Shown here: positions 24,601 through 37,500 of the stretch, in pieces
How the letters are laid out: each line of letters opens with the position of its first letter
Numbering within the stretch: the first letter of the stretch is position 1
From: Macrostomum lignano
Taxonomy: Eukaryota
Assembly (NCBI GenBank): GCA_002269645.1
Contig: NIVC01000281.1
Location: 1-64,000 of the forward strand
Direction of reading: 5' to 3'
DNA: 64,000 bases
Translations under genes and position numbers: made by a program
Notes under the pieces: generated by a model
The model's input: only the letters and a program-made list of their open reading frames with translations
What the model was told of the DNA's origin: nothing
Database searches by the model: none

Positions 24601-25527
24601 GGACACTAAAACAGACACCAAGAAAGACATTAGGAAGCTGGGAAAAATATACTCAACCACTCCAGCTAGATTTGGCGCCAGTACAAAAGCGCCAAAATGA
24701 CGCCAATTCATTTCCAAGCCCAGTTCGAATCGGCGCTAAGTTGCGTGTATTTGACGCCAAAATGGCGCCTAAATATTTCAGTTGCAATTGGAGCGCGAAA
24801 GCTGGGGAAATCAGTTCACTGTACATTGGCGGCGCAGATGGAAGACCGCAACTGCACTGGGTATTGCAAGCCGCATACCGAAAATGACCGGCACACTGCC
24901 CTGCAGCGGCTGCGGCCCGGGACCTCCCAAGCTGTGTGAGAGTCAGCACAGATCTGAGAGGTAGAGACAGGCGAGAGAGACAGTGAGTGATACAAAAGCA
25001 AACAATAAAAGCACAATGAACCCGTTTGAACTCCCCACCCCAGTTACACCGGCAGGGGCCACATACCCACGATGCTTATTTGCTGCCTTCCCCATGCAGT
25101 TGCAGTTAAATTATTGAATAGAATAAGCTAAGTTGTTGAGAAGATTCTCAATCTCAACTATTTGCTTCAAGTGGCCAGTGACCGCCTGCTTGGGCCCTCG
25201 AGTTGAATTGATGGCGAAAATATTTAGCTGAATTATGAGAAGAGCTGCTAATTGTGACACGGCCCTCGGGCCCACACACAGACTACTGGGCGTCACTTGG
25301 ACTGGCTCTGGTTGGTATCTCAGGCAGATGCCACACTCTGACAGTGACAAGTGGGCAAATTGTGCTGGATAATAAAATGAAGTTAAAATGATGAAAACTT
25401 GGAGGTTACTCCGGTGCGACTTGCTTGTAACATAAAAAAGAACATTCATTTTATGAATGTACCCTAGTAATGCAATTCCTAGGGGGTCCCTAGTGTATGC
25501 TATTGTGAGTTGCATAACTTTTGCTAC

Positions 25528-26115
<588 letters not shown>

Positions 26116-27714
26116 AGACACCAATATTCAAACATGTGCCAGGATTGGTGGTTGCCAGGCATTTCCTGTACCAGGATGAGGCTGAATCGTGCAAAATTCG
26201 AAATTAGAAAGAACCCTAATATTTGTTTCAAATTTCAAATTCCAACAAAGCCGCTAAGCACCCGGTAACCCCTGGCATCGCGGGCCAATGCTTAAGCAGC
26301 GCTTACTCGGGACGGGACGGAGTGGCTTGGCTGGAAAGTTAAACTGTCGCGATTGCAAGTGCGCTGCGCGAAAAAATTACTTTGTTGTGTAGCAGTCTTT
26401 AATCTCCTGCGTTTCCAACTCCCTCTCTGGCGGGGCGCTGCGTGCAGCGGGCGGCGGCCCAGTTTCTGGGACAGCCGAACCCAGTGGCCACCGAGCCCAC
26501 ACTCCCTTCGGCTCCTCCGGTCATGGCGTGCTAAACATACCGACTGGATTGGAGTTGGAGATAGTCTTATAGATTAAGCTTTAAAACTCGATGGCCTTCA
26601 AATTCCTTGTCATAGTGATGCTTCCTAACCAGATTCTAGTATCCCAGTACTCCATGGGTGTCTACCGGTAGGCAATAAGAAACGTAAGGCGAAAAGAAAT
26701 AAAAGCCAGATTAAAGGCCCTGAGCCTCCACCGGTTTACATGCCAAATCTCAGTCAACTGCGCAATTTCCATAGCAATAATTAGAGCAAATAAATTCAAG
26801 TTTAACCGAGTGCAATCCGAGGACTTTTTCGTTGACGACGCGGTCTTAAAGAACTTGTTTGGATTTATAAACAGAATTAATAGATTGTTGACAAAGATGG
26901 TGCTTTGCCCCCCCCCCCAGTGCATTGGAGCAGGAGTCGCGCATAAGAAGCTGGTGCCAGGCAAATTACACTCGTGTCATAACAATTAGCACGAGTATCC
27001 TGTGTCGTTGACTTTGCCGTTGAAATCCAATGCCTCTGTGTAAGCTGAATCCGTCCGAAAATGTTGCTCCACTTGTTTAGTTATAAATTGCCTAAATTGA
27101 ATTCCGAAATGTAGCGAGTCTCACTGCGGGGGGGGAAGGGTCGAAAACTACCCGAAAGTAAAAGTCAAACTACGCTACTTTTAGTAAAAATGGATGCTTG
27201 TGGAGAATTTTCCTGTGCAAAACATTCTTTAAATGATTAGGTGTGTTAAACCGATCTCTCTCCCCTCCTTTGAATAAGACTCAAATCTCGGCTTCATAGA
27301 AGCAGGTTAATCAAAGTGAGTAGCTAATAGTAGGATCTCAAGAAGTCTACATTTTTATCTGCCCCAAAGTGAATATCATGGATAACAATTAAAACTCTGA
27401 TGACAACTCTCACTGCTGCATGATGTTCTTCGTACCTTTAGTACCTTCTTTAAAGTTCTTTAGAGTTCTTTAGAAGAGTTTCTTCACTAGGGAAAATCAG
27501 TCCAAAACAAAGTCGGTCTCCTTCAGCCTCATCATAGTGTCGCCCACCAGTCGAATGTCGTTCATGTCAACGACAATGGAGGCGGCGATGCGGATGAACA
27601 GCGAGTCCTCGATGTTGAGAATCATCAGGTCCATTTTGAGCTTGTAGGCCAGGAATTTCCACATGTTGCTCTCGAATCTCGTCTCCTCTGCCTGCGATTT
27701 CGGGTTGCGAAGGA

Positions 27715-28575
27715 GAGAGTAGAGTAGAGGAGAGAAGAGAAGAGGAGAGGAGAGGAAAAGAGAGGAGAGGAGAGGGAAAGAGAGGAGAGGAGAGGAGAGG
27801 AGAGGAGAGGAGAGGAGAGGAGAGGAGAGGAGAGGAGAGGAGAGGAGAGGAGAGAAGAGGAGAGGACAGGAGAGGAGAGGAGAGGAGAGGAGAGGAGAGG
27901 AGAGGAGAGGAGAGAGGAGAGGAGAGGAGAGAAGAGGAGAGGAGAGGATAGTAGAGGAGAGGAGAGGAGAGGAGAGGAGAGGAGAGGAGAGGAGAGGAGA
28001 GGAGAGGAGAGGAGAGGATAGTAGAGGAGAGGAGAGTAGAGAAGAGGAGAGGAGAGGAGAGGAGAGGAGAGGAGAGGAGAGGAGAGGAGAAGAGAGGAGA
28101 GGAGAGGAGAGGAGAGGAGAGGAGAGGATAGTAGAGGAGAGGAGAGGAGAGGAGAGGAGAGGAAAGGAGAAGAGAGGAGAGGGAAAGAGAGGAGATGAGA
28201 GGAGAGAGGAGAGGAGATGAGAGGAGAGGATAGGAGAGGGAGAATAGGAGAGGAGAGGAGAGGAGAGGAGAGGAGAGGAGAGGAGATGAGAGGAGAGAGG
28301 AGAGGAGAGGATAGGAGAGGAGAAGAGAAGAGAAGAGAGGAGAGGAGAGGAGAGGAGAGGAGAGGAGAGGAGAGGAGAGGAGAGGAGAGGAAAGGAAAGG
28401 AGAGGAGAGGAGAGGAGAGGAGAGAAGAGAAGAGAGGAGAGGAGAGGAGAGGAGAGGAGAGGAGAGGAGAGGAGAGGAGAGGAGAGGAAAGGAAAGGAGA
28501 GGAGAGGAGAGGAGAGGAGAGGAAAGGAAAGTAGAAGAGAGGACAGGAGAGGAGAGAAGAGAAGAGAGGAGGTCA
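27715..28575 (+). repeat. (AGAGG)n microsatellite in lyase copy 1 intron 5
   Basis: Mirror of 43985-44640. Confidence 0.95.
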
Positions 28576-29274
28576 CAAACTCGACCTCTCCAAAGAAGAA
28601 CTCACAAACTTCTTGATGGCGGGCCTCTGAAGATGCTGGGGTAGGCGGATGAGGCGCATGAACGGCGCCTGCATTTCAGCCGGCAGGGGCAGCAGGTCGG
28701 TGCCCCAGAATCCGGCCAGATAGCTGCTGGCCTCATCAGCAAGGCTGCGGCAGTATTCGTAAACTCTGTCCTGATGTGCATTGGTGAAGGTAACAGAGGT
28801 ATGTTTCACTCATTCAGACAGTGTTGAGCAGCCCCAATTGGCCAGCAGACACTCACCAGACCGCCGCAAATCTCGTCGACAAACTTCAAAGCTTCCGGGA
28901 TGACGTAGAAGCTGCTGGTGTCCCTGGTGCCCAGGTAGGAGTACCTGTGCGGCAGCACCTCGTCATGGAGCAGCCAGGAGACAATGTCGGGTTTCATGGT
29001 GCTCACGTGAGCCTCGCTAATCCACATCAGAGCGACTGATTTCGGCAGGAAGTGCCACTTGTTAAGGTTGCCGAGGTAGAAGTCGGCGCCGATGTCCTCG
29101 ATATCCAGATTTGGCACCTGGCCGATGGCGTGGGCCCCGTCGATGATCACCTTGATGCCCCGGCTGCGGCACAGGGCTGTGAGCTCCTTCACTGGCATCA
29201 GGCAAGCCGTGGTGCTCGTGATATGGTCTAAATAGGGGATGGCAGATGAGTAGTGTTGCTGGGAGCTGCGCAGT

Positions 29275-31770
29275 ACCTGTGTCACCCTACCTGTCCACCT
29301 GTGTCACCCCACCTGTCCACCTGTGTCACCCTGCCTGTCACCTGTGTCACCCTACCTGTCCACCTGTGTCACCCTGTGTCACCTGTGTCACCCTACCTGT
29401 CCACCTGTGTCACCCTGTGTCACCCTGTGTCACCCTATCTGTCACTTGTGTCACCCTACCTGTCCACCTGTGTCACCCTACCTGTCCACCTGTGTCACCC
29501 TACCTGTCCACCTGTGTCACCCTGCCTGTCACCTGTGTCACCCTACCTGTCACCCGTGTCACCTGTGTTACCCTAACTGTCACCTGTGTCACCCTGCCTG
29601 TCACCTGTGTCACCCTACCTGTCCACCTGTGTCACCCTGTGTCACCCTGTGTCACCCTATCTGTCACTTGTGTCACCCTACCTGTCCACCTGTGTCACCC
29701 TACCTGTCCACCTGTGTCACCCTACCTGTCCACCTGTGTCACCCTGCCTGTCACCTGTGTCACCCTACCTGTCACTTGTGTCACCCTACCTGTCACTTGT
29801 GTCACCCAACCTGTCACCTGTGTCACCCTACCTGTCACCTGTGTCACCCTACCTGTCACCTGTGTCACCCTACCTGTCACCTGTGTCACCCTACCTGTCA
29901 CCTGTGTCACCCTACCTGTCACCTGTGTCACTCTACCTGTCACCTGTCACCTGTGTTACCCTAACTGTCACCTGTGTCACCCTGCCTGTCACCTGTGTCA
30001 CCCTACCTGTCACTTGTGTCACCCTACCTGTCACCTTTGTCACCCTACCTGTCACCTGTGTCACCCTACCTGTCACCTGTGTCACCCTACCTGTCACTTG
30101 TGTCACCCAACCTGTCACCTGTCACCCTACCTGTCACCTGTGTCACCCTACCTGTCACCTGTGTCACTTTAACTGTCACCTGTCACCCTACCTGTCACCT
30201 GTGTTACCCTACCTGTCACCTGTGTCACCCTACCTGTCACCTGTCACCCTACCTGTCACCTGTGTCACCCTACCTGTCACCTGTGTCACTTTAACTGTCA
30301 CCTGTCACCCTACCTGTCACCTGTGTTACCCTACCTGTCACCTGTGTCACTCTACCTGTCACCTGTGTCACCCTACCTGTCACCTGTGTCACCCTACCTG
30401 TCACCTGGGTCACCCTACCTTGATGTGTTCCTTATTACCAGTCCTCAACTGTAATCAAGGAACAATCACTTCTAGCTCTGTAGCTAGGCAACCCAGTAAG
30501 TCAACAGAAGGTATTCAATTACAATCCGGATTGAGTTGTTCTCTTCCTTGCGTTGATCTCTCTTGTGTAGTTCTCAACTGTAGATCTCTCAATAGATCTC
30601 GTAGACTTCTAGACGTCTTCAGATGTAGATCAGGTCCGAGTTCCTTTGTTCTCTTCTGTAGAAGTAGTTCCGGCCGGAATCTGTAGTTCGGACCAATGGG
30701 AAGCTTCCAATTACAATGGGTACCCTGCGCCAAACTGCGGTCTTAATTAAGCCTCCTTCTTCTAGCAGTGCCTCTAAGCACTCTAGGAATAGCTCCGGAA
30801 ACCACTGATAGTCTTCTAAGATCTATCAGGGGCAGTCCTTCTGGAGACTGCAACCAGTGGAGTCTAACTAGACTCAAGAGTCTCAACAGACTCAAATAAA
30901 CTCAAGTCTTACTAGACTTGAGCGAGACGTCTCTAACAACAACGGGCGCAAATAAGGAAGGCTTACCGCAACAATCGACCGAGTCTTGGTCCAGGAAGTC
31001 CGACTTCGGCTTCCTCTTCGGAGCTCTTCTCCCGAGGAGAACTTGTTGGCTCCGGGTCCGTTCCGGACCACTTGTATTTATAGGCGTTCGGACCTCTCTC
31101 GAGGTCGCACATCACTGTCTTCGCAAATGTCAAAGTGTCACGATTCGGTGGCTGTCAAGCATGACAGGGTAGAAAGTTGCGCAACTAGTCTACTGTAAAA
31201 GCGCATGATTGGTTACCGTAGCTGGTAGACTTTGATTGGTTCATCCGGGTGCAAACCGGGTGCAAGCCAAATGATGAATCGCAGGTGGGGTTTAACTTGA
31301 CAATTTTAGGTCACGCGTGATTGGTCGGTTGCCAAAAATAGCATGACCGACTTTTCTCTCTTTTGATTGGTTGATTAAAATATATGTATGGTTCAGCGCA
31401 TATCTTTATACATGCAACTTAGTACTTACTACTGAATAAAAATGTATAAGTAGTATGTTAACCATTTTTACGGATTTTTGAGAAAGGCAGAATATTCTAC
31501 AACCTGTCACTTGTGTCACCCTACCTGTCACCTGGGTCACCCTACCTGTCACCTGTGTCACCCGACCTGTCACCTGTGTCCTCTACCTGTCACCTGTGTC
31601 ACCCTAACTGTCACCTGTGTTACCCTAACTGTCACCTGTGTCACCCTACCTGTCACCTGTGTCACTCTAACTGTCACCTGGGTCGCCCTACCTGTCACCT
31701 GTGTCACTCTACCTGTCACCTGTGTCACTCTACCTGTCACCTGTGTCACCCTAACTGTCACCTGGGTCAC
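29275..31770 (+). repeat. GTCACC-based minisatellite in lyase copy 1 intron 3, interrupted by a solo LTR
   Basis: Units like acctgtcacctgtgtcaccct at 29275-30420 and 31502-31770; a shorter counterpart lies at 43060-43285. Confidence 0.92.
30421..31501 (-). mobile_element. Solo LTR (1081 bp)
   Basis: TG...CA termini flanked by the 4-bp TSD ACCT (30417-30420 and 31502-31505). Absent from the equivalent intron of copy 2. The minus strand carries four CCAAT boxes (31208-31370) upstream of TATAAATA (31082-31075). Confidence 0.85.
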
Positions 31771-33335
31771 CCACCTTATCGCCTGTCCCCCAGCTACATT
31801 CCCAAAATCCCCAGTGGGGTCGCACCGAACACGGCAATTCGAACTTTCGGCCTCCTGTCCAGCTCCTGCTCGACCGCCCGCAGCACGTCCTCGCCCGACT
31901 TCAGCGGCAGTTGAAGCTTCGCTTCGGGCGCCTCCCCGGCCTCCGTGGCAGCCATCCTGACGGCGATGTAGGTCCAGGAGTTGACGAGCACCTGGGAGCC
32001 GGGCGGCTCCAGGGCCAACAGCCGGCGCAGAATGTTGGACACTCCGATGGTGACATTCTCCAGCAGGGCGCACTGCTGCGGCCGCACCCGCAGGCGGCTG
32101 GCGATGGCCTCCAGGCTGCTGTAGTTCAGATCCACCTGGCGGAGTCGAACGAACTCGTCGGCGAACGACTCGAACTCTTCGGTGAGTCTGCGGGCGGCGG
32201 TGTCTGTGGGATCCGCTAAGGGTGTCTGTGGGATCCGCTAAGGGTGTCTGTGGGATCCGCTAAAGAGTGCCTGTGGGATCCGTTTATGGTGTCTGGGGGA
32301 TCCGCTAGGGTGTCTGTGGGAGCCGCTAAGGGTGTCTGTGGGATCTGCTAAAGGTGTCTGTGGGATCCGCTAAGGGTGTCTGTGGGATCTGCTAAAGGTA
32401 TATTCTGTGGCTAAAGGTGTCTCGCCACCAAAATCTCGAAAATGTAAGAAACTTCCTTACGATTTTTTAGAATCTATGAGTCTCAACGTAGAATTTGAGC
32501 AATCATAGCATTTTATGTATTCATTACTTCAAGGGATCAAGTATCATTTGTTTACCGCAGTTTGCTATCCAGAACGCTTTTCGGTGCCACCCCGAACGAG
32601 CCATTGTTCAGCATGAGGACGCCACGGCGAGCCACGTGGGGAAAGTGCTGCTCAAGCATCGGCCTGCCGAACTCAGCGACTTAGGGCTGCCCGGATGTTT
32701 CTAAAAATAGAATTTTAAAGGGTGGATGAGGCGCCAATGAGGGGCGCTAATTAGGGGCGCTAATAAGAGGGGGCTCTAATGAGGGCCGCTATTGAGGGGT
32801 TGTAATATGAGAGGCACTAATATTTTACTACATTTCTTACTACATTCAAACTTGTTTTACTTACCAGCTTCAGTTTTATCCATCGCTGTCGGAGTTAAAA
32901 TAGAATTTGTTAATTTAAACTTGACTTTTTGAACTTTGAAGGCTAAATCGAAGCGAAAAATTGGCCTTGTGCTGCCGCCTGAAGCAGTGCCGCCTCTTTT
33001 CAAAGAAAATTCTTTAACTGCTTTGTTACTTAAAAATTGAACCGGTGTTAACTTTTGTCTGCAGAATAGATAAAACTGGCAAAAGGCGTCCCTTTTGGAC
33101 CTTATCTACGACTTCGGCACCATAACTGCATAGCAAGAGACAGCCTGAGCTATCTGTTCACCGAAATCTACTATAAACACGCGTGAAAAGCTTCGGCTTC
33201 TTGATTTCTCCAAGGTTGGCCTGCAGTTGCGGGAAAGCGCAGGTGAAACCTAAACAGCCAAGGCCATTAACTTCTGCGGTGCAAGTCAAGGACATTTTTG
33301 CTGCTAAAATGATTAAAATTGCCCACAATGTGACA

Positions 33336-33843
33336 GATCCCAGATCCCCGATCCCAGATCCCCGATCCCAGATCCCCGATCCCAGATCCCCGATCCCAGA
33401 TCCCCGATCCCAGATCCCCGATCCCAGATCCCCGATCCCAGATCCCCGATCCCAGATCCCCGATCCCAGATCCCCGATCCCAGATCCCCGATCCCAGATC
33501 CCCGATCCCAGATCCCCGATCCCAGATCCCCGATCCCAGATCCCCGATCCCAGATCCCCGATCCCAGATCCCCGATCCCAGATCCCCGATCCCAGATCCC
33601 CGATCCCAGATCCCCGATCCCAGATCCCCGATCCCAGATCCCCGATCCCAGATCCCCGATCCCAGATCCCCGATCCCAGATCCCCGATCCCAGATCCCCG
33701 ATCCCAGATCCCCGATCCCAGATCCCCGATCCCAGATCCCCGATCCCAGATCCCCGATCCCAGATCCCCGATCCCAGATCCCCGATCCCAGATCCCCGAT
33801 CCCAGATCCCCGATCCCAGATCCCCGATCCCAGATCCCCGACC
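33336..33843 (-). repeat. 14-bp G-rich satellite (GGGATCTGGGATCG)n, left junction array
   Basis: Reads gatcccagatcccc on the + strand, about 36 units; marks the inner end of the left arm. Confidence 0.97.
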
Positions 33844-34555
33844 AGGGGGCGCTGGAACAGGGTGCCAAAACCTGATACAATATAAGAGGGTGCCTAGTAG
33901 TGTTCATTTGAATTTGTGTTAAGACTGCTGTTCATTAAACAAAGGCTCGTTAATGCCCCATCGAATGAGCCATAAAACCAGGCGACTCGATGAACTGAAC
34001 AAATGACAAACCGCGCAGTGGCAAAACGTTGCCCTAATTTAAAAACGGTCTGAACGAGCCATTAAACAAGACAAACGCAAGCAGATGTCATTATAGTAGG
34101 TTACTTTTGCTGCTTATATTTTCAAAGAAATGTCGACACAAACTGCAGATGAGAGTGTGCGCTACGAGCCTTGACTACATGTACGCTCTCTCAGTAAGCT
34201 CTCCTCTCTTTCGGAAGGAAGCGGTGCTCCATGAGCTTGTACTCTTGTCTGTCCCTTCTCTCTCCCTTCCTCTCCTAAGGCAAGTATATTCTTGCCAACC
34301 CAGCGTACAGCCAGAGTGCTTTCAGCTAAAAAAAAATGAGCACTGAGAATACAAACAGTCATTCCGCCCATTTACCGGTTTGCTACATGAGCTTTGCGCC
34401 TAGACTGGAATTATTTTAGTGATTATAGCTCGCGCATATGTACTACGCTTTTTGGCTAGACGAGCCCCCCCCTCTGAGAGCTATAAATAATATTGATTAG
34501 CAATCTGTGCTGGACAAGAATTGAATTGACTCATTGAAAAGTTGACTCATTGAAA

Positions 34556-37500
34556 ATGTCTCAAGCTGCGGTTGAGTTACAAAACAGCAAAGCTGCCGGT
34601 GCCGATCAACTTCAACTGGTCGAGGTAGAGCGAATCGTCGCATCCGAGCTGCTGCTCCGCGAGTTGAACCTCTGGCGCCTGACTCGGCGACTTTGTCGGG
34701 TGTTTGTTCAAGTGGGCGACGGACCAATGCATCGGACTCGAGAGAAAGACCAGGCCGAGGCCAGGAACATCTTTGATCGCTGGCTCCTGTCCTTTCAACT
34801 GGAGAGTCGCAGCGAAGAAGCTTGTGGAGCTCGTTCGCTGTCACTACCAATTTTCCCAGGTCTATTGGGCACTGAAACGTTCGCTAGCCAAAAGTTGGTC
34901 TGTATTAGTCATGCGTATTTTTACTGCCATTTTTGTTTTGCTGTATGTTTCCTAGCAATTAGCAAAACATCTGAGCAACCCCCTTAAGCCACGGCATTTC
35001 AGCCAGTCCCCAATGACCATTGACTCCTAAAGTTGCATATTGTGCTCCATACAAACAAGACCCATGAACACAAGGTACAAAGGACGCTACGTGCACACTG
35101 GATTTTCCTAGAAATGAGCTGGGGCTGGTAAAGAATGTTGTTGTCGTATCGCTGGTTCATTTAGTAATTTAGCCGGCCTTTAGCAAATCGACGACGAAAA
35201 CGAGCGTTCTACTCCTTTTTGCATTCAATTTTGAACTAGGAGCTATCAAAACTGACAAATCGCTATTCAATTTCAACGTTGAGGGGTTCAAAAGTCGGTT
35301 TTTAGTGCTCATATTTCTTAGCCACGATGCATGTACCGTCACGGAAAAATTTCTGATCGAATGGTGCAAGTTCGAAGAAAATCGGTCAAGCCTTTTGGGA
35401 GATAATTGATTGCGCACATACAAGATTTTCATTTTTAGTATATGGAAAAAAAGATGGATGTCCAGGCAACGAGTGCACGTGTATTTAGCAGCATTAAAAT
35501 CACGATACCATATTGCTCATGCATTAAATTACTTTAGCCAATACGCGATCACAAGCCGTTTAAACACGCTTTTACACATTTAAATCGTGTTATGTCAATT
35601 GTAACACGATATAAATATGTAAAAGCGTACAATATCAATGTCAATTGTAATACGAGGTACGATATAAATGTGTAAAAGCGTGCATTAAACGCTAAAAGCA
35701 TTTAGAAATATTGAAATATCTATGGTCAAAAGTGGGTTTTGAAAGTCTTTAAAGCCAGAAGCTGAAGCTACGAGCGTAAATATGGTTTAGCTGCGTTTTA
35801 TACTCCACTCATCTGCCGCTCCATTGAAACGAACCATGATCTACGAGGCTTCTACTGGTGTGTTAATAGGTCTTCTGCAAATGCACTGAGCAGCCAATAG
35901 CCGTCGTCGGGCGCAGTTTGGAGACGCAGCAGACGCTTGCTTCTGCGATTTCTGGTACTTTCTACAACTGCCAATTTCACGTGCACATTAATAATAAGCC
36001 ATGAGGCATAAGAAATAGGTAACTGAGGCATACTGCCTTAACTGCTGTTGCTTCTAATGTTGCTTTTATTGCTTGCGTTATACGTTATGCAGTGCTAAAT
36101 ATAGCTTTGAATATCTGGCCTCTTAGCGTTTGTTTCGTCCATAGACATTTGAATTGTGCAACAATCAGGCTTGATTGGTATACCTCTAAAAACCCCTCCA
36201 AAATGATACAATACTACTTAATACTTGGTATTGAATCCTATATTCCAATCGCTGTCTGTGGAACAAGCCTGGTAGCATACGTATACGCTCGTATGTTTGT
36301 ATGCTTAGAGGTCAGCTCAAAGGGCAATCTTAATTGCCTACTCTCCGAGTTGGCTGTCTCCATTGAGCAAGAAAACTTTTTCCCGACAGATCGATGAGTG
36401 CGTGGAAAAGAAGTTCAGCGCGTCCCGAAGCAACGCGCAGCGAATCGCTCGGGTCCTGGTAGACGCGGTGTCTCAGTTTGAGCAGACAATCGACCAGCTG
36501 ATCCAATCATCAGATCGGCAGCCAGGCAATGCAGGCGGCGTCAGTGTGGTCTTCTTGGAACGGCGACGCCAACAGAATGGTGACCTCGGAGATGACAGCG
36601 AGTGCAAGGAATCGGAGGTTGAAGGACAGCTGCTTATTGGCTGTGAGTTAAAGCACACTGTGTACTTAATATTTTTTCTGAGACTGTTTTAGTTCGGCAG
36701 TTGATTTGATTTATTGATTGATTTTCAAACCTCAACCTCTCTGCAGGTCACCAAAACTCTTTAAGTCTGTCTGATGGCTACGCCAGTCCATGCTGTCCTA
36801 GAATCAGCTTTCTGGTAAGAAATTTCGGCTTAAAAGCTACGGCCCGGATGCTGTTACGGTACGAGACTCTGGGCACAGGCAGCCTGCAGTGGGGCGACCC
36901 GGTCACGGTGCACCACGCACTGTACGAACACATGGGCGTGCGCTATGAAGGATTCGCATCGCCTTTGAACTCGAAACTGCTTGGAAAACCGGACGTCGCA
37001 TTTTGCAGCCTGTTCCCGGACACGGACGCTCCGTTTGGCAGCCTTGGCGACTTCTTCGCCGTGGACTTCAGCCGCTATCCAGGAGGCTGGACTGTCAATC
37101 CACCTTTTATCGAGGAGCTAATGTTGCAAGTCGCCAACAAGGTGTTGGACTATTTGAACAGGTATTTGAACGTGTTTGAGTATATTCTATAGATATACGA
37201 CTCATAAATGTACTCATATGTGTACATCCGGAATGGATGTTGAATAAATCCGGTATGAATGTTGCATACATCCGATCTGACATTCTTAGTTCATCCGGTA
37301 TGAAGGTTGCATACATCCGATCTGACATTCTTAGTTCATCCGGTATGAATGTTGCATACATCCGATCTGACATTCTTAGTTCATCCGGTATGAATGTTGC
37401 ATACATCCGATCTGACATTCTTAGTTCATCCGGTATGAATGTTGCATACATCCGATCTGACATTCTTAGTTCATCCGGTATGAATGTTGCATACATCCGA

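Larger units (their letters stand above)
27497..32883 (-). pseudogene. PLP-dependent class-V aminotransferase-fold lyase (Egt2/CefD/L-cysteine desulfhydrase-like), copy 1, early nonsense codon; may be expressed from Met21
   Basis: Exons 32883-32865, 32700-32556, 32187-31826, 29227-28857, 28770-28606 and 27691-27497 have the same lengths as copy 2. Codon 13 is TAA (32683-32681) where copy 2 has CAA. I saw no other lesion. Confidence 0.75.
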
